DNA of 59,056 nt, counting the filler, from Squatina squatina (taxonomy: Eukaryota), in NCBI GenBank assembly GCA_031763465.1. It is 3 parts of 3 records of this genome, joined end to end, with 100 filler letters (N's around TTAATTAATTAA, not from the genome) between each part and the next. Parts side by side here need not be neighbours in the genome. Positions count along the whole stretch, not along the records: positions 24,623 to 41,192 come from JARFOE010000019.1; positions 41,293 to 59,056 come from JARFOE010000192.1; 1 more part is not named here. The stretch is one strand, 5' to 3'. Each line of letters opens with the position of its first letter. The first letter of the stretch is position 1. A program made the position numbers and the translations under genes. Positions 37,292-48,908 of the stretch are shown here, one piece after another. The notes below the pieces were generated by a model that saw only the letters and a program-made list of their open reading frames with translations, did no database searches and was not told the DNA's origin.

Positions 37292-37506
37292 AACCAGTCT
37301 GTAGGAATGACCGGACCGCTTAACCGTCTGTGGGAATGACCGGACCGGTTAACGTTCTGTAGGAATGACCGGACCGGTTAACCGTCTGAGGGAATGACCA
37401 GACCAGTTAACCGTCTGAGAGAATGACCGGACCGGTTAACCGTCTGAGAGAATGACCGGACCGGTTAACCATCTGAGAGAATGACCAGACCGGTTAACTG
37501 TCTGTG
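37292..37506. repeat. Minisatellite, 29-bp unit x 7+, runs into gap
   Basis: Units at 37292, 37322, 37351, 37380, 37409, 37438, 37467 and 37496; consensus aaccgtctgagagaatgaccggaccggtt. Confidence 0.95.
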
Positions 37507-37977
37507 NNNNNNNNNNNNNNNNNNNNNNNNNNNNNNNNNNNNNNNNNNNNNNNNNNNNNNNNNNNNNNNNNNNNNNNNNNNNNNNNNNNNNNNNNNNNNN
37601 NNNNNNGATAGGGTAACATAACAGAGTTTAAAGGTGAGCCATAATTTTAGCTACTTAATAACCCTTGGCATAAGGGCACATTTCCAGTTAGTTCTCAGAA
37701 GGCAGGAACTGAGGTTGGAAGGGCTAAATATTCATCTGATGCCTTTTCATTAATATTCCTTATATTTTACAGATTTACCAGTCACTAATATTACAGGTGA
37801 GAGGGGTGCAGGGTGCTGTGTCTTGTTCTCTATACCTGGACCACTGTCAGGCTGCTTCGCCAGGCCAGAGGTCCGATTAGCAGTCACCCTCACATGCGGT
37901 AATCAATAGCGGGCTTTTTCACAAGGGCTCTGAGACCACCCAGTTTCAAAGGAGCAGGTAAACATAGGTGGCCTGTA

Positions 37978-37999
37978 AGAGAGAGAGAGAGAGAGAGAG
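37978..37999. repeat. (AG)n microsatellite
   Basis: Direct run of ag dinucleotides. Confidence 0.9.
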
Positions 38000-38284
38000 A
38001 ATTAGGGAGAGAGAGTGAAAAACAGCGAAAGGTGTTTGACTGTAAAAGAGAGAGAAATGATTGAGTGGAAAAATCCAATATTTTTTTTTCCTTTTTCTTC
38101 CACACTAATTTTCTCCTTTCTCCTCACTCACTCCCCGCCTCCCCCCCTCCCCTCAAAGCCGTTGACTCCTTGCTGAGGTCAGATNNNNNNNNNNNNNNNN
38201 NNNNNNNNNNNNNNNNNNNNNNNNNNNNNNNNNNNNNNNNNNNNNNNNNNNNNNNNNNNNNNNNNNNNNNNNNNNNNNNNNNNN

Positions 38285-38490
38285 CTCTCTAAGGCCTTCA
38301 CATCCTTCCTAAAGTGCGGTGCCCAGAATCAGACCCAATACTCCAGTTGAGGCCGAACCAGTGTTTTATAACTTCCTTTGTACTCTCTGCCTGTATTAAT
38401 GAAGCCCAGGACCCCGTGAGCTTTTTTAACCACTATCTCAACCTGCCCAGCCACCTTCAACCATTTGTGCACATATACCCCCAGATATTT
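38285..38490 (-). mobile_element. CR1 LINE RT fragment
   Basis: Translates as YLGVYVHKWLKVAGQVEIVVKKAHGVLGFIN...YKTLVRPQLEY. Confidence 0.9.
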
Positions 38491-39149
38491 ATGGGTGGAG
38501 GTCAGATTCAACACACTTTACGCTGAATTTCTTTGAACAGCATGATCAAGCAATACCAGTTCGACTGCAGATCAGGCTTTTAAAAATGGCAGTCCCATTC
38601 CCACCTAAGACTGATCCAGAAACAAGGAAAATATTTACAAGTGAAATGATTCATCCTTAAATTTCAGCTGAGATCAAACAGTGTCTATTAATGATTAGTA
38701 GTTATTGTTATTAATAGTAATTTGCCAGGCAGAATCAGCCTGATGTAACCATGTGGTTAGTGATCAGAGTACGGAGCCTCTTGACAATCTTACAATGCAT
38801 TGTACTTAATTTAAAGTGTACCCAAGGCACGGTTTGTGAATGGATAGCAATTGAGTAAAATGGGATAAATATGACCACCATGTGCACCCTCTGTGTTTCA
38901 GTCAATTGTTAGCAATTCAGAATTCCTACATTCTGTTACCCTTTTGATTCTGTTGTAATCATTAGTTTGTGTAAACGTTAAGTAAGACCATGTATTTTAC
39001 AAACTCTATCTTTATGGTGTTTTTCTAAACAACTCGAACTCGCACTCAAATATGTGTTTACGTAAAAATTACAGAAAGCTTTTCAATTGATTTTTTTTTC
39101 AAATTTAAAAATCAGCAACATTTAGTGTTAATGTATTGCAGCACAGCCC

Positions 39150-39432
39150 TCTGCTAACTAACGGCTCCTCTCTCCACACAGCGAGAGCTATTTCCATAAT
39201 CCAGGGCCTGCCGGGAGCTCGAACCTAGTCACCGAAACTCGCGGCTCATTAGTGTAGAATGACCCGCGCGCGAGACGCGGCAGCACTCTGCGTTAATCTC
39301 GCCGGTCGCAGGAGTTTCTGCTCTGCGACGATTCCGTGTCAAGCACATCAGACGCGACGCAGCTCCGTTCCCCTGAGCCTTGCGCACTTTTGCAGAGAGC
39401 ACAACACAGCGGAGAACTCGATGCAAGTGAGC
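39150..39432 (+). other. CpG-dense segment with strong 3' splice site; candidate exon 39182-39426
   Basis: ctaactaac branch point, pyrimidine tract and cacag| at 39181; roughly 25 or more CpG in ~270 bp; possible donor CAA|gtgagc. Confidence 0.45.
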
Positions 39433-40690
39433 AAAACAGATGGCAGCAAATGGCACAAAATCATATACGCATGATGTCAGTTCATAACATCTTGTCGACA
39501 TACTTGATTTAATCGTCTAGCTGCCGATTCCGCTTGTGAACCCATATGGTCGCGTAGCCAAATGAACCTCTTAGATTGCATTTACAATCTGGCACTTTAA
39601 TCATTGCAAGCAGTGATAAAAGAGTGCAGGCTTGGCACTGGGGATACAGGCAGTAATACAAAGGGACAAGCGGTGAAACTTTTGACAGGCCTGGCAGGTA
39701 AAACACTCAAACTATCCTGCTACGCAAAAAAGAAACTTTTAACTACGCCATAATGNNNNNNNNNNNNNNNNNNNNNNNNNNNNNNNNNNNNNNNNNNNNN
39801 NNNNNNNNNNNNNNNNNNNNNNNNNNNNNNNNNNNNNNNNNNNNNNNNNNNNNNNAAGTTTACGCAGGGTGGAGCACGGGAGGCCAGCCAGGAGTGCATT
39901 GGAGTAGATGACTGACCCGTGAGGTCAGGAGCGATGCAGGGATCACTGGCCCAATCAGCTTCCACATAACACGAGCGTCCATGACACTGTCTTCTTTCAC
40001 GCAATGAGCGGCCATTGGGTTGCAAAGTTAGAAGCTCTCCAGCGAATGTGAGTGGGTATTGCATCAACAGCTAGTGGCTCCAGCTACTTACCTTCTGGAA
40101 GAGATAATAATAAATTCCAAGAATGACGTAGGAATGACTCCATCTGTGCCTGTGGTGGGACGCCTCCTTCGGGGATGAAATGAGAAAAATGTACATAAAA
40201 ATTTGACGGCATCAGATATATAATTGCCAATGTCCTTTGAGCCATTCAGCTGCTGGGTTTGTATCTATGTTATTTCTCTGTAAGGCAGAGAAGATTAAAT
40301 GGCATTATCTGCCACAAAGATTCATCTAGCCTGACATCGCCTTAAACACTGAATTATCGCTTTGCCGGAACAAAACAAATATCAGCTGGGGCAAACAATC
40401 AGCTGGAGCAGCAGACGTGCTGTGTTCAGCGGTAGAAAGATGACATCAGCTGATGGACGTGGCAACCCACGGGCACTGCAGCCATTCTGGGAGACGCACA
40501 ACCCATTTATGAGTCAGAGATCAGAAAGCAGGAACCCCTCGTGCAAAGCAGGCACGGTAGATTTCACTGGAGTGGATTCCTGAGAAGTCTGCATTTCAGT
40601 AACACAGGTAGTGTATCCTGTAAAATGCCATTCCATTTGTGCATTTTTTTAGTTATTTTTAAAAATTCCTGCTGTCTTTAACCCTCTGAA

Positions 40691-41118
40691 GAAAGACTTG
40701 CATTTCTCTTGCACCGTTCACTACATCTCAAAGTGCTTTACAGCTAATGTGAAATGTAGTCACTGTTGTAATGTACGAAACGTGGCAGCCAATTTGTGCA
40801 CAGCAAGCTCCCACAAACAGTAATGTGTTAATGACCAGATAATCTGTTTTTAGTGATGTTGATTGAGGGATAAATATCGGCCAGGATACCGGGTATAACT
40901 CCCCTGCTCTTCTTCAAAACAGTGCCATGGAATCACCTCCTGAGAGAGCAGACAAGGCCTCGGTTTAACGCCCCATCTGAAAGACGGCACCTCTGACAGT
41001 GCAGCGCTCCCTCAGCACTGCACTGGAGTGTCAGCCTAGAATTTTTTGCTCAAGTCTCTGGAGTGGGACTTAACCCACAACCCTCTGACTCAAAGGCGAG
41101 CGTGCTACCACTGAGCCA
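40691..41118 (-). mobile_element. Full-length SacSINE1/DeuSINE-like tRNA-derived SINE
   Basis: Reverse strand begins tggctcagtggtagcac (A box) ... gtgggttaagtcccactcc (B-box-like) and ends aaatgcaagtctttc; several other copies lie in the window. Confidence 0.9.
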
Positions 41119-41192
41119 TGTTACACCCAGCAAAATGTATTCAAGAGCCTTTTTTCCAAATGCTTATGGTTCCTTGCTCACCGGGAGCAAGT

Positions 41193-41292
41193 NNNNNNNN
41201 NNNNNNNNNNNNNNNNNNNNNNNNNNNNNNNNNNNNTTAATTAATTAANNNNNNNNNNNNNNNNNNNNNNNNNNNNNNNNNNNNNNNNNNNN
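41193..41292. other. Artificial scaffold linker N44-TTAATTAATTAA-N44
   Basis: 12-mer at 41237-41248, same layout as 24523-24622. Confidence 0.95.
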
Positions 41293-42559
41293 CATAGGTC
41301 AGTAACCCCCTCTATTACAGCTATTCATTAGACAGCACAAACTGATGGAGCAGAGATAAAGAGCGAGAAATTGAAAATGCCCAACCAACAGCGGCAGTGC
41401 CTTAACTGAAAACAGGTGAGAGAAAAGGAGATATTGAAGAGTTAGCACAGAGCAAACATGAAGTTATTTGGGTTTCTTTTGCCAGGAAAGAAAACTATAG
41501 TTTCTCGGCTGAGACTCTCAAGGAAACAGGAAGAATTAAATGGAACTTACGGTTAGTCTGTTTGCACAGACAAGCTTACCCCTCTCAGAGGGAGTAGTAG
41601 TGTTACCAGTAAAACATGGCTAGAGAGGCTCGCTTCTCTCGGAGGGAGGAGTTACAATACCAGCAGCCCAGAGCCAGGGTATTAACCCTTCCAGCGTCAT
41701 GAATGAAAGCATTCCTGCTGAGGAACGGTACGCCTGGCCTCCTATAGTGCACAGCCCAGTCACTAGTTTGCCTCAACCCAAACTAAGTGATCAAAAGTTC
41801 TAACAACTAACAGAAACACTAACAATACATAAGGAAAGGGTGCATTTTATGCAACAGCTTGTCCTAAAGTTAATGGAAGGGGACATACCTTTCTAAATGA
41901 TGAAATAGATGAAATTTAAACCCTCGAGAGGATTGCCTTGAACAAGTCTGACAATTCTAAGGAGCAGGTCATCTAATCACCCTCCCCCAACTGCCTTTGT
42001 ACTCATACCACAGAGGGAACAGCATTTTATAGCTAATAGTGACTGTGATCCTCAGCCAATTCTCAGATGTTTGACCTGGGGGTACCCGCAGAATCAGCTC
42101 ACAGAATGACTAGTCTCCCACATGAACTAATTGGATCCATAAGATCTGCCAAATTTTATTTCTGAATGGTTGTTAGCTCTTATCTAGATAATTTAAATTT
42201 AATATTAGACCTGGTTCTATCTTATAATGACCCCTGCAGCTTGGGTATGGAATGAGGTGAGGCATAGTAAGTGGCAGACTTATTTGGAACTGCGTGAGCT
42301 AGTAAAACAGTAATGTAGTAGATTCAATAATGTAGATGGTGTGCTTATAGCTGTATTTGATCATAAATAACTGAGAAACAAGGATTCAAATGCCTTCCAT
42401 TGGAGGCTGAATCATATATTTTTTTCAGGTAGGGACATAGTCAAGCCAAGGGAAGAAAAAGAGTTTACTGGGGTATTTGGCAATGATGTACGTCCTGAGG
42501 TTCAGGACAGGCTCCTTTTCCAAATAGGTGTTAATTCCACTGGAATTCCATAAACACTT

Positions 42560-42844
42560 TAGGTTCCACATGGACGCTGACAACTCACAGCTCTACATCA
42601 CCACCATCTCTCGTGACCCCTCCACTGCCTTTGATTGGTCAGGCTGCTTGTCTGACATCCAGTATTGGATGAGCAGAAATTTCCTCCAACTAAATATTGG
42701 GAAGACTGAAGTCACTGTCTTCAGTCCCTACCACAAACTCTGTTTCTCAGCCACTGACTCCATCCCCCTCCGTGACCACTGTCCGATGCTGAACCAGACT
42801 ATTCACAACCATGGCATTCTATCTTAGCCTGAGCTGACCTTCTG
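42560..42844 (+). mobile_element. L2-clade LINE reverse transcriptase fragment with degenerate active site
   Basis: Translates as FHMDADNSQLY (from YADDTQLY)...CLSDIQYWMSRNFLQLNIGKTE. Confidence 0.9.
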
Positions 42845-42944
42845 NNNNNNNNNNNNNNNNNNNNNNNNNNNNNNNNNNNNNNNNNNNNNNNNNNNNNNNN
42901 NNNNNNNNNNNNNNNNNNNNNNNNNNNNNNNNNNNNNNNNNNNN

Positions 42945-43700
42945 GGAGGTCTCAGTGATGAGAGTCTTCCTGAACCACAGTCTTCGAAGACACGGCTCCT
43001 CAGTGAAGCTGAGGTATGAAAACTGCTGACGGCTCCTGTTGGCTATCCTGCGCCTTCTTCCTCCATTGGCAGGATGCTGCTGAGCATCTTGCTGTGCAGG
43101 GCAATGTGATTCAGCATTATCAGCCTGGGTGTTCACCCTTTGCAGCATTCTGCAGTCGCCTCAAGTTCCTCCGTTGCTGCCGATGCCACTGCCTTCATCT
43201 CAGATACCTTAAGTGCTGCTGATGCAGCAGCCGGTCAATGACCAGGACAGCACCCATGGTTGCAACTCCCCCTTGGCCTTCTCAATGTCCGAATCGCTGA
43301 AAGCTGCAGCACAAACGAGCCTTTCAAATGCAGTATTGAGCCACGACTACAATATAGTCGGCGATACAAAATGGCGCCCATGACGCACCCTTTAAATACC
43401 GGCGGCGCTACCTGCTTCCAGCATAGCAGCACCACAATTACAAAATGATGGCAGTGTCCCCATTTTGCATCGGGGACGCCAACCAATTTGGGCTTCCTAG
43501 CATACACTAGGCGATGCGCATAGTGATGCATCACCGTGCGCCACCGCTCCTCACGCCACCAGCGAAATGTGGCCGGAACCTCTTTTGAGGTCATCAAAAA
43601 GCAGGACCAATTGCACAAATGATGCAGGTAGCGTCGCCAGTGGGCACAAAGGGCTTAGCACCATTTTCGCAAAGATTTTAGGAGACCAATTGGGCCCCCC
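42945..43700 (-). mobile_element. PIF/Harbinger transposon relic: transposase N-terminus plus CpG-rich 5' terminal region
   Basis: RRRRIANRSRQQFSYLSFTEEPCLRRLWFRKTLITE resembles the N-terminal motif of Harbinger/HARBI1-like nucleases; upstream 43300-43700 is GC/CpG rich and ends in a GGG-type terminus. Confidence 0.65.
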
Positions 43701-44249
43701 TAGTTTATAAACTAACCAGGCAGAAAGAACATTCCTATTTCAGATCGAATATATTTTAAGCTTTGACCCTCGCTGTACATTAATTCTGAAAGCAAATACA
43801 AAAGAAAGCAGAACTTGTGACTAATGAATGTGCTGGTAATTTTTAAGCTTCCTCCCTGTAAAATGAAGTAAAATTGGTGGAAGGCCTTTTTAAATTTGTA
43901 GGAATTCTAAATTTCCCCTTGACTACTCATTAAGGTAATTTATGAAAGTTAAAAGGACTAACAGCTTGGCTGCAGGATATAGCTCCAGTTTTGTCTGGAT
44001 GTGGACATTTCCTGAGCAGTCGACCTTTTTCCATGCAAAATGTACATATGGTGACCTCAAAGAAAGCTCCACTCAAAAGTAAACCACTAATTCATCAAAA
44101 CCATTTCCTTCATTTCACACAGGAATGTAGGNNNNNNNNNNNNNNNNNNNNNNNNNNNNNNNNNNNNNNNNNNNNNNNNNNNNNNNNNNNNNNNNNNNNN
44201 NNNNNNNNNNNNNNNNNNNNNNNNNNNNNNNATCCACCAGTGTAGACCA

Positions 44250-44990
44250 GCTTCCACCTGTGTGCTAACGATACCAAGCTCTACTTCTTCACCCGATGAC
44301 CACCTCTGTGCTGTCAGATTGCTTGACTGACATTAAAGTATGGATAGGTTAAAATTTCCTTTTGGGTCCTGTCAAAGATTCTGCTCTTTTTCCACTAACT
44401 CAATCCTCCTTCCTTGCCACATGCTTGGGGTGAATCGTTAAATGTTGGTAACATATTCAACCTAGTGCTGAGCTACAAACCCTACATCCTATCCATCTCC
44501 AAGAGCATTTACTTCCACCTCCACTCTATCTGTCATGCCTTCCTTATCTCTCAATCACCATCGTCAAAACTTTTATCCACACGTTTACCACCTCCAGATT
44601 CCTTGCCAACATCCCATTCTCAACGAACTCCAACTTGTTCTAACCTCAGCCATCCAAATCCTCCCCTGCACTAAAACTGGCCACTCATTACCCCTGTCCT
44701 CACTGATCTACATTTGTTCAAATTAAAAATTCTCGACATCATCTTCAAATCTTTCCATGACTGCATCACACCCGACTTCTGCAACTTCTTTCAACCTTTT
44801 CTCTATTCACACACTGTAAACTCCTCCAACTCTGGACTTGTGTGCATTGCCCCCATCTTTCACCCCACCACCGGTAACTGATCATTCGGCCAATTCAGTC
44901 CCACACTCTGGAACTCTCTCTAAATGCCACTGCCTCTCTCCCCACCTTTAAAAAAACTTCAAGACCCATCTTTTCCCACAAACATAAAGG
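44250..44990 (+). mobile_element. Degraded L2 LINE fragment
   Basis: gtgtgctaacgataccaagctctac (YADDTQLY relic); collinear with 42570-42840; C-rich strand typical of L2. Confidence 0.75.
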
Positions 44991-45725
44991 GCCTTCAGAT
45001 GTTTCCTACGTTACAATGCTAATAAAATGCAAGTTGCTATTGCAGAAACTGTCCTCACTCCAAATATAAACAAGGTGAATTTGACGCCAAGGAACGACTA
45101 TATATATGGAACTTTTCTTGTGGAACTGGTTTCATATTATAAAAAAAGGTAAGAAGTCATTTACAGCAGTCTTAAAGTAGTGGTGGAGAGGATAATAGGT
45201 TCCATCTCCTGCAATAGGTTTCATGGACTACAGAACTGGTTTTACTGCTTTTACTGGGTTAGTTGATTTTCACACTAATACATTTTCTGATTTATGATTG
45301 GTTATACTTGGAGATGTTTTACTGAAGTGGCCCGTGTTATGCCACATTACTATCCTGTTGCAAGATGGCATCAGGTAACATTTTTGATTATGCAGAAGAC
45401 ATCCTACGATTCAGAATGTTCTTAGATGCTCGTCACTCACCGTGCACTGCAGAAAATTGTAATAGTTGGTACACCCTGTGACATTCCTGTAGAAGGACGG
45501 ATATTCAACTGTGTCACCATTCAACAAAGTATCAAAGACCTAAACGAAATAAACACAGAAAATATGATTTGGGAAGGAAAGCACAATCAACTGACGATTG
45601 TTTGTGTAGCATTACAAATTTCTAGAAACCAGAATAAAGTGCTCCAGCATCATAATTGCTTAAAAGCTCTGTAATTTCAGAGAATTACTCCATCAATCTG
45701 CTTTATATAGGCGAAGGTTTAATGC

Positions 45726-46095
45726 AATAGAAACATAGAAACATAGAAAATAGGTGCAGGAGTAAGCCATTAGGCCCTTCGAGCCTGCACCGCCATTCAA
45801 TATNNNNNNNNNNNNNNNNNNNNNNNNNNNNNNNNNNNNNNNNNNNNNNNNNNNNNNNNNNNNNNNNNNNNNNNNNNNNNNNNNNNNNNNNNNNNNNNNN
45901 NNNTTGTAAAGGTTCAGCATAACTTCCTTGCTTTTGTACTCTATACCTCGATTAATAAAGCCCAGGATCCCATGTGCCTTTTTAACTGCCTTCTCAACTT
46001 GTTCTGCCACCTTCAACGATTTGTGTACAAACACCCCCAGGTTTCCCTGTTCCTGCACACTCTTTAAAATTGTACCGTTTAGTTTATAGTGCCTA
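45726..46095 (-). mobile_element. CR1 LINE fragments with (atagaaac)n tail
   Basis: Translates as LGVFVHKSLKVAEQVEKAVKKAHGILGFINRGIEYKSKEVMLNLY; octamer tail repeats at 45727-45750. Confidence 0.9.
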
Positions 46096-46646
46096 AGTTA
46101 ACGGAGAACAGATGAAAGTAGAAAGCAGTGATTTATAAAAGAAACCAACTGACTCTGAATTCAGCAGAGAAACCTTTTAAATTCCAATATGTTATTGAAA
46201 ACCTTGCACATTTCCTGCCCAACTCCTGATTGACCTGGTCTTTGGTCAGGATTCTAGATCAACATTTAACATTGAAACCCTGCATGTAAACAGTCCCATG
46301 TCACTGTGTAGTTGCGGGCTCTGGCCAGTAGTTGGCGTTGTGGAGAGTGTTCCTGAAGTCTCTCTCCCAACTCTGTCATCAACTTGTGCAGATAAATCTT
46401 CTGTTCATCGATATAATTTACTCGTACAATCTGACTTAATGCACCAGACATCCAACACCTCACTTCATGCACTGAGAAAACATCACAGTAAAATAGGAAC
46501 CATGCAGGGTTACTGCTTTATAATTAATTATAATCAAACAAAACTAACTGGAAGATGAAGGGAATGGGAAAATTCTAAATGTACACTCTGAGTTGGAGTT
46601 ACACAGTTAGCTGTTTGCAATTATATCGACTGTAGTTTATTCTCAC

Positions 46647-46827
46647 CTTTTTCAATTTCTCCAGACTCCAGGTAAGGAGTGAGGAAGAGGGGCTTCCCGG
46701 GCTCCACCTTTGGTGGAGTAGAAACTTTGACACCTTTAAACATGTTCCGGAGAAAAGTAAACTTTCCAGATATGCAACATGGCTGAATGCAAACGAACAC
46801 AATGACAAACAGTCGTGTGGGCCACAT
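46647..46827 (-). CDS. CPVL: Serine carboxypeptidase CPVL, first coding exon (signal peptide and N-terminus)
   Basis: Acceptor ttgctttag|G then ATG; donor AAAG|gtgaga. Encodes MWPTRLFVIVFVCIQPCCISGKFTFLRNMFKGVKVSTPPKVEPGKPLFLTPYLESGEIEK(G) versus recalled human VSMPPKGDSGQPLFLTPYIEAGKIQKG. Confidence 0.92.
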
Positions 46828-48587
46828 CCTAAAGCAAATGGACAGAAAAATTGTTCAGACTTGAGAGGAGAAAAGCTTCACATTTCTTTGGTGAATACAG
46901 TTGTAAAGTTGTAAATCAAACTGTAGTAATTTAAACAGTCTAATACAACAAAGCAATTAATTATACGAATAATTGTAAAACAAAGAATGGATGCTTTAGA
47001 AATTCAACATTAATAAAGATGATGTACATTTACTGGTAATTAATAACATGCTGTGCTTCATCCCTTGTCTAGATCAATCCTATTGTTCATTAATCAATCG
47101 CTGTACTGAGAATTCATCATAGTTATTAATTGTACTACTTCAAAAAGACATTGTTGATGTGAGATGAATTCATGAAAAATCAATTTCCATGTTACACCAT
47201 TTGATTGGAGGGAAATAGTCAAGGTGAGAAGTCAGTAGTAATATAAAAAGATGAAAAATCATTACTATTGCGTGGAGGGCCAGAGGAAATAAGAGCACAG
47301 CAGCAAGATGCCACTTTTTTTGGACTAAAATGGAAAGTCTCTCTTTACCAGTAACCATTATTATGATGGCTCGCGATAGTAGTGGACACAGACATTTGTG
47401 GCTGTTGCCCAAGACAAGTACTTTTGGTTTTTATGTACACCCATAGCCCAGCTCATTTGTCTCAACAGAAAACAGTGGGCCAGAATTTACTGTAGCCAGT
47501 GAATGACCAGCACTCGCTGTGCATTAAACTTGCCCTCACCCACTTGATTTTTATGAGACATTGCAGTGCAAATGGAAGATCAAAATGGCACAGCACCCTC
47601 TACAGGGCATCTGGGACCTATGTGAATAGGGCAAATAACTGTATCTCCTTAAATCAATCAGACTGAAGTATTCTGAAAACAGCGCAGAGTCTGAAACAGT
47701 GTAAGTTAGAATAGTGAATTCAATGTCAAATTAGGCACAGAAATCAAATCAAAGAGAGGGAAAGATAGATTGGATTAAGCGAGANNNNNNNNNNNNNNNN
47801 NNNNNNNNNNNNNNNNNNNNNNNNNNNNNNNNNNNNNNNNNNNNNNNNNNNNNNNNNNNNNNNNNNNNNNNNNNNNNNNNNNNNATTTCAGTGCCGCATG
47901 AAGTTATTAAAGTGATAAATTGAAGCTATGTAGTGGTTTTCTTCAAGAGGGGTTGACTGGATAAATCATTAGTGGAAAAGTCATGAGTGACTTATGTTCC
48001 ACATCACCAGTGGAAATAAAATCATACTTCACTACTGGAATTGACATTGTATATTTATGACATTCGTCTGGCTTTACTAGTTTTCAACTTTCAGACTGAG
48101 AAGGATCGCACTTTTTTTTGTTGAGGGTGGAGGAATAACAAAAGAATTATGCAATCAGAGCTACACTCATTGCAAAAGTTGACATTTTATAACCTCAAAA
48201 CAGCACTGCTGCCGATGGCATCCCCAGTATCTATGGCAATGTGGTAAGATAAATGAGATGGTGCTGTATGTAGTTTTCTGATCACTGGGCTGTGTGGACT
48301 TTCCTTATCTATCAGAGAAGCTCCAGCAGCTGGAAATGAATTGTGACTTTCAAATAACTGCACAGACACAAGATTGAGCAGACAAAGTTATTTATCTGTT
48401 ACTCTAGTGCTGTGGAATCTGCCTCACAATATAAACAATGTAAACTATGTGCCAGTTGAGTCATTGATGTGGTAGAGTTTACATTTGTAATTTAAGTGTT
48501 GGTAATACATATTGGCATGCATCTAGTTGTCTGCTTGGGACTGTAAAGAGAAACCTTAGCAATTGCAGGCCCAAGTTTCATTAATTT

Positions 48588-48908
48588 AAGAAAGACTTGC
48601 ATTTATGTAGCACCTTATTAACATTTAGGACATTTCAAAATGTTTCAAAACCGTTAAATTATTTTTGATATGCAGTCACTGTTGTTATTATGTAGACAAA
48701 TACAGCAGATAAAAGTGCAGAGCAAAGTTCCACAAACAGCAAATGTTCTTTTGATGGTGCCATGGATTTTTTATGTCCATGTCAATAAGCAGAGAACCTT
48801 GGTTTGATATCTCATTTGAAAGATAGCATCTACCAACAATGAAGCACTCCCTTAATGTTAACCTAGATTATATGCTCAAATTCTGGAGTCAGACTTGAAC
48901 CTACGACC
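48588..48908 (-). mobile_element. Diverged, internally deleted SacSINE1-like SINE
   Basis: gaaagacttgcatttatgtagcacc...cagtcactgttg...ctggagtcagacttgaacctacgacc. Confidence 0.75.

Noticed and set aside
37292-37506. CRISPR array with palindromic 29-bp repeats
   Set aside because: Units are head-to-tail with no spacers, so this is a VNTR.
41050-41118. tRNA gene (also heads at ~13621, ~28255 and ~33745)
   Set aside because: The A/B-box sequence runs directly into a SINE body, so these are SINE heads rather than tRNA genes.
30670-41192. Remaining PDLIM1 exons (AM motif, LIM domain)
   Set aside because: I searched by eye for SEVYKML, CDKCG and HPEC-type motifs and found none; they are probably in gaps.
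41293-46640. Downstream CPVL exons (SYxGFLTVN, NLFFWFFP)
   Set aside because: Not found by eye on the minus strand; probably in gaps or outside this scaffold.
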